DNA of 64,000 nucleotides from Clostridia bacterium (GTDB lineage: Bacteria; Bacillota; Clostridia; Oscillospirales; CAG-382), in assembly GCA_017620655.1 (NCBI GenBank), contig JAGAUT010000087.1, forward strand, positions 2,384 to 66,383, read 5' to 3'. Shown here one piece after another: positions 37,535-46,633 of this stretch. A program made the translations under genes and the position numbers. The notes under the pieces are model-generated. The model did no database searches and was not told the DNA's origin. It was given only the letters and a program-made list of their open reading frames with translations. The number at the start of each line of letters is the position of its first letter. Position 1 is the first letter of the stretch.

Positions 37535-38926
37535 GTGAATAATAATCCTGAAAACAACAACGGTAACATTGACGATATTCTTGACATTCTTCAAAAAAAG
37601 AAGACAGAGGATATAAAAAACAACAATTACAAAGACGATGCCCCGACAAGAATAGATACTGACGCCACAAAGGCTGTTCCCAAGCAGACACCGGCAAAAA
37701 ACAGCACGCCTCCCGCAAAGAATATTTCGCAGGAAAAACCCAAAGCCTCCGTTTATTCAAGGGGGTCTCAGGGCGGAGTCAGTCTTGACGACTTTGATGA
37801 GATCGTGGGCAGAAGAAATGCCCAGCCCGAAAAAAAGAAGAAAAAGCACATGTCCGGCGCCGCAAAGGTACTCATTTACCTTATATGCGTTATTGCCGTC
37901 AGCATTATTCTTTCGGTAACGGCGATAAAGGTCGGAAATGATGTCTTCGCCTTTGTAAAGGAAGACAAGGAAATTACTGTCAACATCAAGGAAAATGCAG
38001 ACCTTGGCGATGTTGCAAAGGAGCTCAGTGACAAGGGTGTAATTAAGTATCCATCCATATACAGAATATACTCACATTTCAGAATGGACAAAAAGAGCTA
38101 CTACACAGGCGGATTTATTGCAGGCGAACACAAGCTCAACTCAAATCTCGGCTATGACAAACTCATTTCACGCCTTGCAGAATCCAAGTATTCAACAGAG
38201 GTTGTAAGAGTTACCATTCCCGAAGGCTTTACTGTTTACGAAATCATAGACTTGTTCGTTGAAAAGCGTGTTATAAGCAAAGACTCGGTTGACGAGTTCA
38301 AGGAAAAGCTCAACACGGCATCCTTTGATTATGATTTCCTTGCAGATTTTAACGAAATCAAGGACGAAAACGGCAAAATCGAATCAGACAGAATCTATCT
38401 TCTTGAAGGCTATCTCTTCCCCGACACTTATGATTTCTATGTAGGAGAAAATCTTGACTCGGTTATCACAAAGCTTCTTAACAACTTTGACAGAAAGTTT
38501 GAAGATGCCTATTTTGACAGATGCGAGGAGCTGGGTCTTACGGTTGATGAAGTTGTGACACTCGCTTCAATGATTGAAGCAGAGGGTGACAACGCCGAAG
38601 ACTTCTACAAGATTTCCTCGGTATTCCATAACAGACTCAACAATGCCGGCTCTTATCCCTTCCTGGATTCTGATGCAACAACCCTTTATTCATATCAGGG
38701 AAAAAAAAAGCAGCTCGAAGCCGGTGACAACAAGACAAGAGAACATCCCTACAACACCTATCTCAACAAAGGACTTCCTCCCGGAGCTATTTGCAATCCC
38801 GGCAACGAAGCAATCCATGCAGCCCTCTACCCCGAAAAGACAAACTACTATTTCTTCTATACAGACTCCGAAGGAAAAACAACCTTCTCCAACAGATTCG
38901 TTGACCACATAAATGCTTACAACTAA
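37535..38926 (+). CDS. mltG: endolytic murein transglycosylase MltG (YceG-like) with a long low-complexity N-terminus
   Basis: TM anchor, then YceG blocks (TIPEGFT, ASMIEAE, FHNRL, YNTYLNKGLPPGAICNPG). GTG at 37535 lies 6 nt after AGGAGG. Confidence 0.85.
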   Translation: MNNNPENNNGNIDDILDILQKKKTEDIKNNNYKDDAPTRIDTDATKAVPKQTPAKNSTPPAKNISQEKPKASVYSRGSQGGVSLDDFDEIVGRRNAQPEKKKKKHMSGAAKVLIYLICVIAVSIILSVTAIKVGNDVFAFVKEDKEITVNIKENADLGDVAKELSDKGVIKYPSIYRIYSHFRMDKKSYYTGGFIAGEHKLNSNLGYDKLISRLAESKYSTEVVRVTIPEGFTVYEIIDLFVEKRVISKDSVDEFKEKLNTASFDYDFLADFNEIKDENGKIESDRIYLLEGYLFPDTYDFYVGENLDSVITKLLNNFDRKFEDAYFDRCEELGLTVDEVVTLASMIEAEGDNAEDFYKISSVFHNRLNNAGSYPFLDSDATTLYSYQGKKKQLEAGDNKTREHPYNTYLNKGLPPGAICNPGNEAIHAALYPEKTNYYFFYTDSEGKTTFSNRFVDHINAYN

Positions 38927-38937
38927 GAGGTAATAAA

Positions 38938-40182
38938 TTGAAAAGACCCGAAATCCTATCCCCTGCAGGCAACTTTGAAAAAATGAAGTTTGCAATTCTT
39001 TACGGTGCAGACGCAGTTTACCTTGCAGGGACAATGTTCGGAATGCGAACGGCATCCGACAATTTTACAAGAGAAGAGCTTATCGAAGCTGTAAAATATG
39101 CCCATGAGCACGGTGTTAAGGTGTATGTTACGGTAAATGTTCTTCCCCATGAGGACGAAATACATCTTCTTCCTGACTATCTCAAGTTTCTTGAAAACGA
39201 GGCAAAGCCAGATGCACTTATAATTTCGGATTTAGGTGTATTCTCGCTTGCAAAGCAGTATTCTCCCTCCATTGAGCTTCACGTTTCGACACAGGCAAGT
39301 ACGGTAAACTCCGAAGCCTGCAAGATGTGGCACTCTTTGGGTGCGACGAGAATAGTTTTAGCACGAGAGCTGAGGCTTTCGGAAATCAGAAAAATAAGAG
39401 ATGCAATACCACCCGAGCTTGAGCTTGAAGCCTTTGTTCACGGTGCTATGTGCGTTTCATATTCGGGAAGATGTCTTCTTTCAAACTTTTTCTCAGGACG
39501 TGATTCCAACCGCGGCAACTGTTCACAGCCCTGCCGTTGGGAATACTTTGACAAGGAGCAGTATGCCGAAATCTTCGAGAAAAAGAGACCCGAGGAAATT
39601 GTATCCCTTGTACAGAACGAGCGAGGAACATTCATGTTCTCCTCAAAGGATATGTGCATGATAGGACACATCCCCGAGCTTGTAAATGCAGGCATTGACT
39701 CCTTTAAGATCGAAGGCAGAGTAAAGAGTGCCTACTACACGGCGGTAACGGCTAATGCCTACAAGACAGAGCTTTTGCGTTACATGGAAAATCCCGATTC
39801 TTATGTGTTTGACGAAAGTTTTATGAGAGAACTTGAATGTGTCAGCCACAGAGAATACGGCACAGGATACTTCTTTGACGAGCCGCAGGAAACTGCACAG
39901 ATAACCAAAGACGGCGGATATATTCGCGACAAAGCGTTTATTGCGACGGTTGAAAGCTACGATGAAAAAACAAAGAGAGCAACGCTCATTCAGAGAAACA
40001 AGGCTCTTTGTGATGAAGTCTGCGAGCTCGTGTCCCCCGGTGTTAAGACTCGTGACATTATTCTTAAAGCAATGAAAAACGAAGACGGTGAGGATATCGA
40101 ATCCTGTCCCCATCCCCAGATGAGATTCTCGATTGAAGTTCACGAGCCGCTGAAATTCGGAGACATTATACGAGGCAAATAA
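38938..40182 (+). CDS. U32 family peptidase-like protein
   Basis: PEILSPAGNFEKMKFAILYGADAVY, ARELRLSEI and EAFVHGAMCVSYSGRC blocks. TTG start. Confidence 0.8.
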   Translation: MKRPEILSPAGNFEKMKFAILYGADAVYLAGTMFGMRTASDNFTREELIEAVKYAHEHGVKVYVTVNVLPHEDEIHLLPDYLKFLENEAKPDALIISDLGVFSLAKQYSPSIELHVSTQASTVNSEACKMWHSLGATRIVLARELRLSEIRKIRDAIPPELELEAFVHGAMCVSYSGRCLLSNFFSGRDSNRGNCSQPCRWEYFDKEQYAEIFEKKRPEEIVSLVQNERGTFMFSSKDMCMIGHIPELVNAGIDSFKIEGRVKSAYYTAVTANAYKTELLRYMENPDSYVFDESFMRELECVSHREYGTGYFFDEPQETAQITKDGGYIRDKAFIATVESYDEKTKRATLIQRNKALCDEVCELVSPGVKTRDIILKAMKNEDGEDIESCPHPQMRFSIEVHEPLKFGDIIRGK

Positions 40183-40193
40183 TTATATAAAAA

Positions 40194-40215
40194 AGCCACG
40201 GCAGTGCCGTGGCTT
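40194..40215. terminator. bidirectional terminator hairpin (copy A1 of a repeated hairpin)
   Basis: AGCCACGGC-AGT-GCCGTGGCTT with an A-run before and TTTT after. Confidence 0.7.
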
Positions 40216-40225
40216 TTGTGTTGGT

Positions 40226-41113
40226 TTAAATCTCAAGTCCTGCGTTCTTTACAGCCTTGAAAAGTGTCTTTTTTGTTTCTTCATCATATCTCTTCATGGG
40301 GAATGCGGCATTTCCGACGTTAAAGCCCATTTCTTCGAGAATCGCCTTGGTGCCGGGAATTGCTCTGTATTTCTTGAGCTCTGCAATAATACGGTCAGCC
40401 TTATTCTGCATTTCCTGTGCCTTTGCAAGATTGCCCTTTTCAAAATTATCGTAAACCGCTTTGATTATATCAAACATAAAGTTATATGTTGTACCTATAC
40501 CGCCGTCTGCTCCTGCATTAAGTCCCATAAGCAGCATTTCATCGGGGCCGTTGATTATGTTCATTTCGCCGTTTGTGATATCTTTAAGGCGTATCATTTC
40601 GTAGTAATCCGAGCTTGTCCACTTGATTGCCGTGATATTGTCAATCTCAAACATTTTTGCCGCAATTTTTGCATTGAACTTAAAGCCTGCACCGGGGTTG
40701 TAGTAAATCATCACGGGAATATGTACGCTTTCAGCCAGCTTTTTATAATAGTTATAAACATCATCTTCATCATAGCCGAAAAAGAGAGGCGGTGTTGCTG
40801 AAATTGCATCTGCACCTATGTTTTCTGCATGCTTTGCCAGCTCAATTGCATGAGGAAACACAGTTGACGCCACCTGAATGATTACCGGTTTCTTTTTATT
40901 AACTGTCTTTACCGCTTCCTCGGCGAGAATCATTCTCTCCTCTTTTCTAAGAGCAAGACCTTCGCCTGTCGCTCCGCCCACATAAAAGCCGTCTGCTCCC
41001 TGACCTAACAGGTAGTCTATAAGCGAGTGAAGTACGTCAACCTTTACTCTTTCGTTTTCATCAAGTGGTGTTACAAGCGCAGGCATTATGCCTTTGAATT
41101 TAATCATTTTCAA
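40226..41113 (-). CDS. DapA/NanA-family class I aldolase, N-acetylneuraminate-lyase-like
   Basis: GATGEG, the Y-x-x-P region (YYNPGAG), a Schiff-base Lys context (ITAIKWTS) and GGIGTTYNF, which resembles NanA more than DapA. The assignment is from motifs only. Confidence 0.65.
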   Translation of the reverse strand: MKMIKFKGIMPALVTPLDENERVKVDVLHSLIDYLLGQGADGFYVGGATGEGLALRKEERMILAEEAVKTVNKKKPVIIQVASTVFPHAIELAKHAENIGADAISATPPLFFGYDEDDVYNYYKKLAESVHIPVMIYYNPGAGFKFNAKIAAKMFEIDNITAIKWTSSDYYEMIRLKDITNGEMNIINGPDEMLLMGLNAGADGGIGTTYNFMFDIIKAVYDNFEKGNLAKAQEMQNKADRIIAELKKYRAIPGTKAILEEMGFNVGNAAFPMKRYDEETKKTLFKAVKNAGLEI

Positions 41114-42161
41114 TTCTCCATTTCTGACTCATTACTATTGATTGTTCTCCCTCATTGGGTGTTCCGTAGAATACTGTAAGTAAGCTTCCGTCAGACAGCT
41201 CTACGGTTGACGGATATCCGCAGTCATTGCTGACGGGATTTGTGTAAAGGGTGTGTCCCGTCTCCCAAGTTTCGCCCTCATCACGGCTGAACATGACACC
41301 CACGCCGAAGGGCTCTTCAACATAGCCGTAGGTACAAAGAAGAAGTCCCGACGAATGTCTGAACAGGTGTGGCGGCACCCCTCCCATATCAGAAAGTATC
41401 TGACGGGGTTTTGTCCATGTTCTTCCGCCGTCACTTGATTTTGACTGGAAGATTGTATAGTAGCCTGCCTTCTGAACTCGCATATGGGTAAGCAATGAGC
41501 CGTCTTTCAGCAATATTGTATGCGGCTCGCAGGAGGTGGCGTTCTCACCTTTTGGGTTCTTTATGTTTTCTATACAGCCGAGATAGTGAAACTCGCCGTT
41601 TTTATCCTGAAGATATGCCCTTATGATATCCCCGTCTGTTCTGTCAAAGGGCCGTCCCACCCACAAAAGCTCGCCCGACGCCAGTTCGAGTGGTCCGTGA
41701 GGATTTGACACGGGACTTTTCTTTATTTCACCGAAGGTTACACCGTAGTCTGTACTCACCCTGTAGGTGACACCGAGATACTTTTGTTCTTCCTCATCCG
41801 TCACCGTATCGAGATATGCGTGAATATATGGGTTGTCGGTGGACTCCCTCTGAAACTTTCTTGTATTGGTAAAGGATGTAACAATGACGTTTGACTTACC
41901 GTATGCCAAAATTCCGCCGTCTCTGTCATCAAGCGGCGTATCAATTACGGGACAGGGGTTAGTGAAGGTTTCGCCCTCGTCCTCACTGTAGGAAATTACG
42001 GTTTTCCCAAACGGACACACATGACCCAGTCTGAAACCTGAGGCAACCACCGCAATTTTACCGTTCTGAAGACGGCATACGGTCGGCCAGCCAAAGTAGT
42101 TATGCTTGGAATCGGGGTTTGACATAACCGTTTTAACTTCACCTATAAGTTTTATTTTCAT
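41100..42161 (-). CDS. cytoplasmic BNR/Asp-box six-bladed propeller, sialidase-like (paralog 1)
   Basis: Asp-boxes SEDEGETF, STDYGVTF, SSDGGRTW and SRDEGETW. No signal peptide. ATG at 42161 (MKIKLIG), by analogy with the paralog. Confidence 0.75.
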   Translation of the reverse strand: MKIKLIGEVKTVMSNPDSKHNYFGWPTVCRLQNGKIAVVASGFRLGHVCPFGKTVISYSEDEGETFTNPCPVIDTPLDDRDGGILAYGKSNVIVTSFTNTRKFQRESTDNPYIHAYLDTVTDEEEQKYLGVTYRVSTDYGVTFGEIKKSPVSNPHGPLELASGELLWVGRPFDRTDGDIIRAYLQDKNGEFHYLGCIENIKNPKGENATSCEPHTILLKDGSLLTHMRVQKAGYYTIFQSKSSDGGRTWTKPRQILSDMGGVPPHLFRHSSGLLLCTYGYVEEPFGVGVMFSRDEGETWETGHTLYTNPVSNDCGYPSTVELSDGSLLTVFYGTPNEGEQSIVMSQKWRIEND

Positions 42162-42171
42162 CCGTTTCACC

Positions 42172-43233
42172 TCAATCTCCGAATTTCCATTTTTGGCTCA
42201 TTATAATTGCCTTTTCACCCTCTTTCGGAATTGCATAGAACACCGTAAGAAGGCTGTTATCTTTGAGTTCCACCGTCGAAGGATATCCCATATCGGGACT
42301 TACTGCGTTCACATAAATATCGTGGTCAATGTCCCATGTTTTTCCCTCATCGTCACTTATCATCACCCTGACAATATAAGGCTTTTCACGAAGGCAATAG
42401 GATGAAACGAGTCTCCCCGAAGAATGACGGAAAAGGTGTGGCGGAGCACCTCCGAAGTCGGACAGAATTTGTTTGGGTTTGCTCCATGTCCTTCCTCCGT
42501 CATGGGACTCGGACTGAAATATCGTAAAGTAACCTGCAAGCTGTACACGCATTTGCGTAAGGATACTGCCGTCTTTAAGCACTATGGAATGGGGTTCACA
42601 GGAGGTTGCCTTTTCGCCCTTGTCGTTGAAGACATCTTCGATTTCGCCCACAAGCTCAAGCTCGCCGTTATCGGGAAGTCTGTACGCTTTGATGCAGTCC
42701 TTTACTTCTCTATGGTTATAGGGACGTCCTATGAACATTAGGCTTCCGTCGGGCATCTCTAAGGGACCGTGGGGTATTGTGACGGGACACTTTTTAATTT
42801 CACCGAAGGTCACTCCGCAATCGGTGCTGATTCTATAGCTTGCACCGAGGTACTTTTCTTCCTCCTCATCCGTCACGGTATCGAGATAGGCGTGAACATA
42901 TGGGTTGTCGGTGGATTTCCTCTGAAATTCTCTTGTATTATTGAATGATGTAACAATGACACCCGACTTTCCGTATGCCAGAATCCCTCCGTCTCTGTCA
43001 TCGAGGGGCGTGTCTATTACGGGCGCAGGATATGTGAAGGTTTCACCCTCGTCCTCACTGTAGGAAATTACGGTTTTCCCAAACGGACACACATGACCGA
43101 GGCGGAATCCCGATGCAACAACGGCAATTTTGCCGTTCTGAAGCCGCACGGCAGTCGGCCAACCAAAGTAGTTATGCTTGGAATCGGGGTTTGACATTAC
43201 CGTTCTGACTTGTCCTAAAAGCTTGATTTTCAT
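42172..43233 (-). CDS. cytoplasmic BNR/Asp-box six-bladed propeller, sialidase-like (paralog 2)
   Basis: Asp-boxes SEDEGETF, STDCGVTF, SHDGGRTW and SDDEGKTW. ATG at 43233 lies 6 nt after AAGGTG. Confidence 0.75.
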   Translation of the reverse strand: MKIKLLGQVRTVMSNPDSKHNYFGWPTAVRLQNGKIAVVASGFRLGHVCPFGKTVISYSEDEGETFTYPAPVIDTPLDDRDGGILAYGKSGVIVTSFNNTREFQRKSTDNPYVHAYLDTVTDEEEEKYLGASYRISTDCGVTFGEIKKCPVTIPHGPLEMPDGSLMFIGRPYNHREVKDCIKAYRLPDNGELELVGEIEDVFNDKGEKATSCEPHSIVLKDGSILTQMRVQLAGYFTIFQSESHDGGRTWSKPKQILSDFGGAPPHLFRHSSGRLVSSYCLREKPYIVRVMISDDEGKTWDIDHDIYVNAVSPDMGYPSTVELKDNSLLTVFYAIPKEGEKAIIMSQKWKFGD

Positions 43234-43355
43234 ATCAATCACCTTGACTTATGATGGTTTATCGTCTATAATTCTATTATAGTCAAAGAAAAGTCTATTG
43301 TAAATAGGCAGCAGCGACAATCGCAAAAAATAAATGTCGGATTAGGAAACATAGC

Positions 43356-44084
43356 ATGTACAACGAACTGATTTTTACTGTATCAAATGAAAAACACAGG
43401 GTTTTCTTTATGAACGGTTTTCTCTCATCTTCAAGGGATACGGCATCAAATCTCCACAAGCATAATTTCCCGGAGATTCATTTTATTACAGGCGGAAACG
43501 CCGTTTTTCTTGTGGGCGAGTGCAAGAAATGTCTTAAAAGCGGCGGTATTATGATTATTCCGCAAGGCGAATTCCACTGCTGTATTCAAAAAGATAACGA
43601 TGCGCTTCACAACGCCTTTCAGGTTGATTTAGATGTGAAAGAGGTCGGGACTGCCGACATCGGAAGCGGTGTTATTTCAAATCTGTTCTCCGAAATCGAA
43701 AGTCTCAAAAAGACGGGTGACTACTCAAAGGTTTCGGCATACGTATCGCTGTTTTGCAGTTATCTATGTCCCGAAGGAAAAAGAAGTGCCGCACCTGTTT
43801 CCGACTACGGTTTTATAATTCAGGAGTTTATTTCCATGAATTACAACAAAAGTATAAAGCTTTGCGACCTTGCAGGCGAGCTTCATCTGTCCGAAAGGCA
43901 GGCAGAACGGCTTGTGAAAACCTACACGGGAAACAGTTTCAAGGACGAGGTCAGAAAAATACGGATTAAGGTTGCACGTCAGCTTCTTTCTTCCTCTGAA
44001 ATGGCACTTTCAGAAGTTGCGGAGTATGTAGGATATGAATCCTATGCGGGATTCTGGAAAGCAATGAAAAGCAATGATGTTTAA
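43356..44084 (+). CDS. AraC family transcriptional regulator (cupin + HTH), divergent from the BNR/lyase operon
   Basis: Cupin-like N-terminus (HKHNFPEIHFITGG) and a C-terminal AraC HTH (GELHLSERQAERLVKTYTG, GYESYAGFWKAMK). Confidence 0.8.
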   Translation: MYNELIFTVSNEKHRVFFMNGFLSSSRDTASNLHKHNFPEIHFITGGNAVFLVGECKKCLKSGGIMIIPQGEFHCCIQKDNDALHNAFQVDLDVKEVGTADIGSGVISNLFSEIESLKKTGDYSKVSAYVSLFCSYLCPEGKRSAAPVSDYGFIIQEFISMNYNKSIKLCDLAGELHLSERQAERLVKTYTGNSFKDEVRKIRIKVARQLLSSSEMALSEVAEYVGYESYAGFWKAMKSNDV

Positions 44085-44090
44085 AAAGAG

Positions 44091-44112
44091 AGCCACGGCT
44101 GAGCCGTGGCTT
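44091..44112. terminator. bidirectional terminator hairpin (copy A2 of the repeated hairpin)
   Basis: AGCCACGGC-TGA-GCCGTGGCTT. The stem is identical to that of the 40194-40215 copy. Confidence 0.7.
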
Positions 44113-44123
44113 CTTGTTTTATT

Positions 44124-44639
44124 TTAACATCCAACCGCTGAAACAACAGCAGAGTGTCTTTCTTCCCTCTCTTTAGTAAATACACCGGGATTATTAAGTT
44201 CTTCCCTAAACGATGCACCATCAAGTACAAAGGCATTTCCTACCTTCATTCCTGCGTGCCATCTCTGAGCATTTCCTTCGGTGCTCATTATCTGACATAC
44301 ATTAACACCGGGATAAACTACGAATATCTTTTCACCGTCATCGGAAAGCTTTGGAAGCGTAATCTCTTTATACAAAGGAAATGTTATTCTTCCGAAAAGT
44401 CCTTGAAGAAGCATAACATTCGCCCAAATAAATGCTGTGGTTTCTGAAAAAAACCTTATTCCCGAATCTTTGAATCGGTACGAAGGAATTATGGCAATAC
44501 TGTATTTTTTGTTTGGTGTTATTATTGAAAACGGTGTATTGAAATCAATAATTCCGTCAACTGTATATCCGTTTTCTTTACAAATATCATAAATCTGCGT
44601 TTTAAGCGCATTTAATCTTTTTGTTTTGGATAAAATCAT
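44124..44639 (-). CDS. hypothetical protein (171 aa), monocistronic
   Basis: Own consensus promoter (TTGACA 44686-44681, 17 nt, TATAAT 44663-44658 on the minus strand) and RBS GGAGGTG. No recognisable motif. Confidence 0.5.
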   Translation of the reverse strand: MILSKTKRLNALKTQIYDICKENGYTVDGIIDFNTPFSIITPNKKYSIAIIPSYRFKDSGIRFFSETTAFIWANVMLLQGLFGRITFPLYKEITLPKLSDDGEKIFVVYPGVNVCQIMSTEGNAQRWHAGMKVGNAFVLDGASFREELNNPGVFTKEREERHSAVVSAVGC

Positions 44640-44705
44640 AATTACACCTCCGTGTTTATTATAACATAGTTACCTATTATTGTCAAAAATTGCTGGTTTA
44701 GCAAA

Positions 44706-44738
44706 ATTCCCTTGTGTCGGAGTTTGACACAAGGGAAT
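44706..44738 (-). terminator. intrinsic terminator after the ynbB-like gene
   Basis: 13-bp stem 44706-44718 / 44726-44738, with a T-run on the minus strand. Confidence 0.7.
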
Positions 44739-44816
44739 AATTCCAATCGAGAATATTACAATTTGTTTGCACTATAACCAAGTTGGTGCTAAATGCGAGT
44801 TCTTTTGGGTACTTTT

Positions 44817-46070
44817 CTACGAAAGAAAAGTACCTTCCGACTCAAGTGCCGCATAAAGAATACCAATCTTACCGCTTTCATAGGTAAGTCCGCCCTGAAG
44901 GTAAACGGTATATGGTGCAACGCAAGGAGCATCGGCAGACAGTTCAATTGATGAGCCCTGAGTAAAAGCTCCTGCCGCCATAACAACGGGAACGGCATAT
45001 CCGGGCATATCCCAGGGTTCGGGAGTTACGTAAGAATCAACTGGACTTCCGCCCTGAATACCACGGCAGAAAGCAAGAAGCTTTTCTTCCGTCTTCATAC
45101 TGATTGTCTGTATGATACAATGTCTTTCCTCTGTGGACTTAGGGCTTGTTTCATAGCCGAGGTTTTCATATACACGTGCCGCAAGGATTGCTGTCTTTAT
45201 GCTCTGGCAAACAGTATGAGGAGCATAGAAAAGACCTTTATACATATTCTTGTTCTGCCCGAGACTTGCACCGCATTCCACACCGATGCCGGGACAGGTA
45301 AGTCTGTATGAGCAGAGCTCAACCGCCTTCTTTGTACCTGCGATATATCCTCCTGTTTCTGCCATACCGCCGCCGGGATTTTTGATAAGACTGCCCATAA
45401 TCATATCTGCACCGTAGTATGTAGGCTCGTGCTCGTCGCAGAATTCACCGTAACAGTTATCGACAATTACAAATACATCGGGATTTACTTCGTGACAAGC
45501 CTTGGCTACAACACCGATTTCTTCGGCAGAAAGTGTTTTTCTTATATCATATCCCTTGGATCTCTGAAGGAATACGCACTTTACGTTTGAGTGGGATTTG
45601 AGATAATCTGTAACGGCAGGGATGTTTACATTGCCGTCAAGCATTTCAATCTGGTCGTATGAAACTCCGAAATCCTTGAGTGAGCCTGTGCCTTCTTCGC
45701 CTCTGATGCCGATGACTTCTTCGAGTGTATCATAGGGCTTGCCTGTGACGGAAAGGAGTATATCACCTGGTCTTAAAAGTCCGAAAAGACCGATAGCAAG
45801 GGTCTGTGTACCTGAAACTATATTATGTCTTACAAAGGCATCTTCTGCCTCAAAGACCTTGGCATAGATTTTATCAAGCATATCTCTGCCCTTATCGTCA
45901 TAGCCGTAGCCGGATGTGCCTGCAAAATATGAATCGGAAACCTTATATTCACGGAATGCTTCCATAACCTTTTTCTGATTATTAAAAGCAATTTTTTCTA
46001 CTCTTCCGAATACACCTTCGTCTATAAGCTCTTTTTCGCTTTTTTCAATAAGTTCTTCTATGTTTATCAT
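44817..46070 (-). CDS. YnbB-type PLP-dependent methionine gamma-lyase family protein (aluminium-resistance family)
   Basis: N-terminal block FREYKVSDSYFAGTSGYGYDDKGRD and GSLIKNPGG (the PLP-Lys region), typical of the PF06838-type family. Confidence 0.75.
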   Translation of the reverse strand: MINIEELIEKSEKELIDEGVFGRVEKIAFNNQKKVMEAFREYKVSDSYFAGTSGYGYDDKGRDMLDKIYAKVFEAEDAFVRHNIVSGTQTLAIGLFGLLRPGDILLSVTGKPYDTLEEVIGIRGEEGTGSLKDFGVSYDQIEMLDGNVNIPAVTDYLKSHSNVKCVFLQRSKGYDIRKTLSAEEIGVVAKACHEVNPDVFVIVDNCYGEFCDEHEPTYYGADMIMGSLIKNPGGGMAETGGYIAGTKKAVELCSYRLTCPGIGVECGASLGQNKNMYKGLFYAPHTVCQSIKTAILAARVYENLGYETSPKSTEERHCIIQTISMKTEEKLLAFCRGIQGGSPVDSYVTPEPWDMPGYAVPVVMAAGAFTQGSSIELSADAPCVAPYTVYLQGGLTYESGKIGILYAALESEGTFLS

Positions 46071-46082
46071 TGTCTTTTCCTC

Positions 46083-46631
46083 TTAAATTCTGTTATTTGC
46101 TTTAAGATTGGCGACCTTAAGTATTGCCGCCTGTGTCTTGGCATCCTTGATTTCGCCGTTCATTACCATTTCTACAGCTTTATCAAAGGGGATTTTGATA
46201 AGGTCGAGAAATTCGTCATCGTCGGGATTTGCATCGCCGTATTTAAGATTATCGGCATAGTACATATAAATAACTTCATTTACATATCCGGGAGAGGGAT
46301 ACAGCTCACCGAGGAACACAAAATTGTCACTTTCGGCTCCTGTTTCTTCTTTCAGCTCACGTTTTCCGCAATGAAGCGGGTCTTCATCCTTACTGTCACG
46401 CTTACCTGCCGGGATTTCGAGAAGCTCTGTCATATACGGATAGCGAAACTGCTTGACAAAGATGATTTCATTGTTATCGGTAAGAGGCAAAACGCATACG
46501 CCGCCGTTATGCTCCACCACTTCTCTGGGGGCTTCGCAGCCATCGGGAAGTATTGCAATATCACGGCGAAGGTTAATAATTCTGCCTTCAAATATGTATT
46601 CCTGCGATTTTGTTTTTTCTGTGAGGTTCAT
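46083..46631 (-). CDS. NUDIX hydrolase (ADP-ribose pyrophosphatase-like)
   Basis: Nudix box GKRELKEETG preceded by EIPAGK. Confidence 0.8.
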   Translation of the reverse strand: MNLTEKTKSQEYIFEGRIINLRRDIAILPDGCEAPREVVEHNGGVCVLPLTDNNEIIFVKQFRYPYMTELLEIPAGKRDSKDEDPLHCGKRELKEETGAESDNFVFLGELYPSPGYVNEVIYMYYADNLKYGDANPDDDEFLDLIKIPFDKAVEMVMNGEIKDAKTQAAILKVANLKANNRI

Positions 46632-46633
46632 AT

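Larger units (their letters stand above)
41100..43242 (-). repeat. tandem duplication of a ~1.07-kb BNR gene unit (two 356-codon ORFs, 1-nt spacer)
   Basis: Long near-identical nucleotide runs, for example GTTTTCCCAAACGGACACACATGACC at about 42001 and about 43074. The N-terminal protein halves are very similar by eye and the C-terminal halves much less so. Confidence 0.85.
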
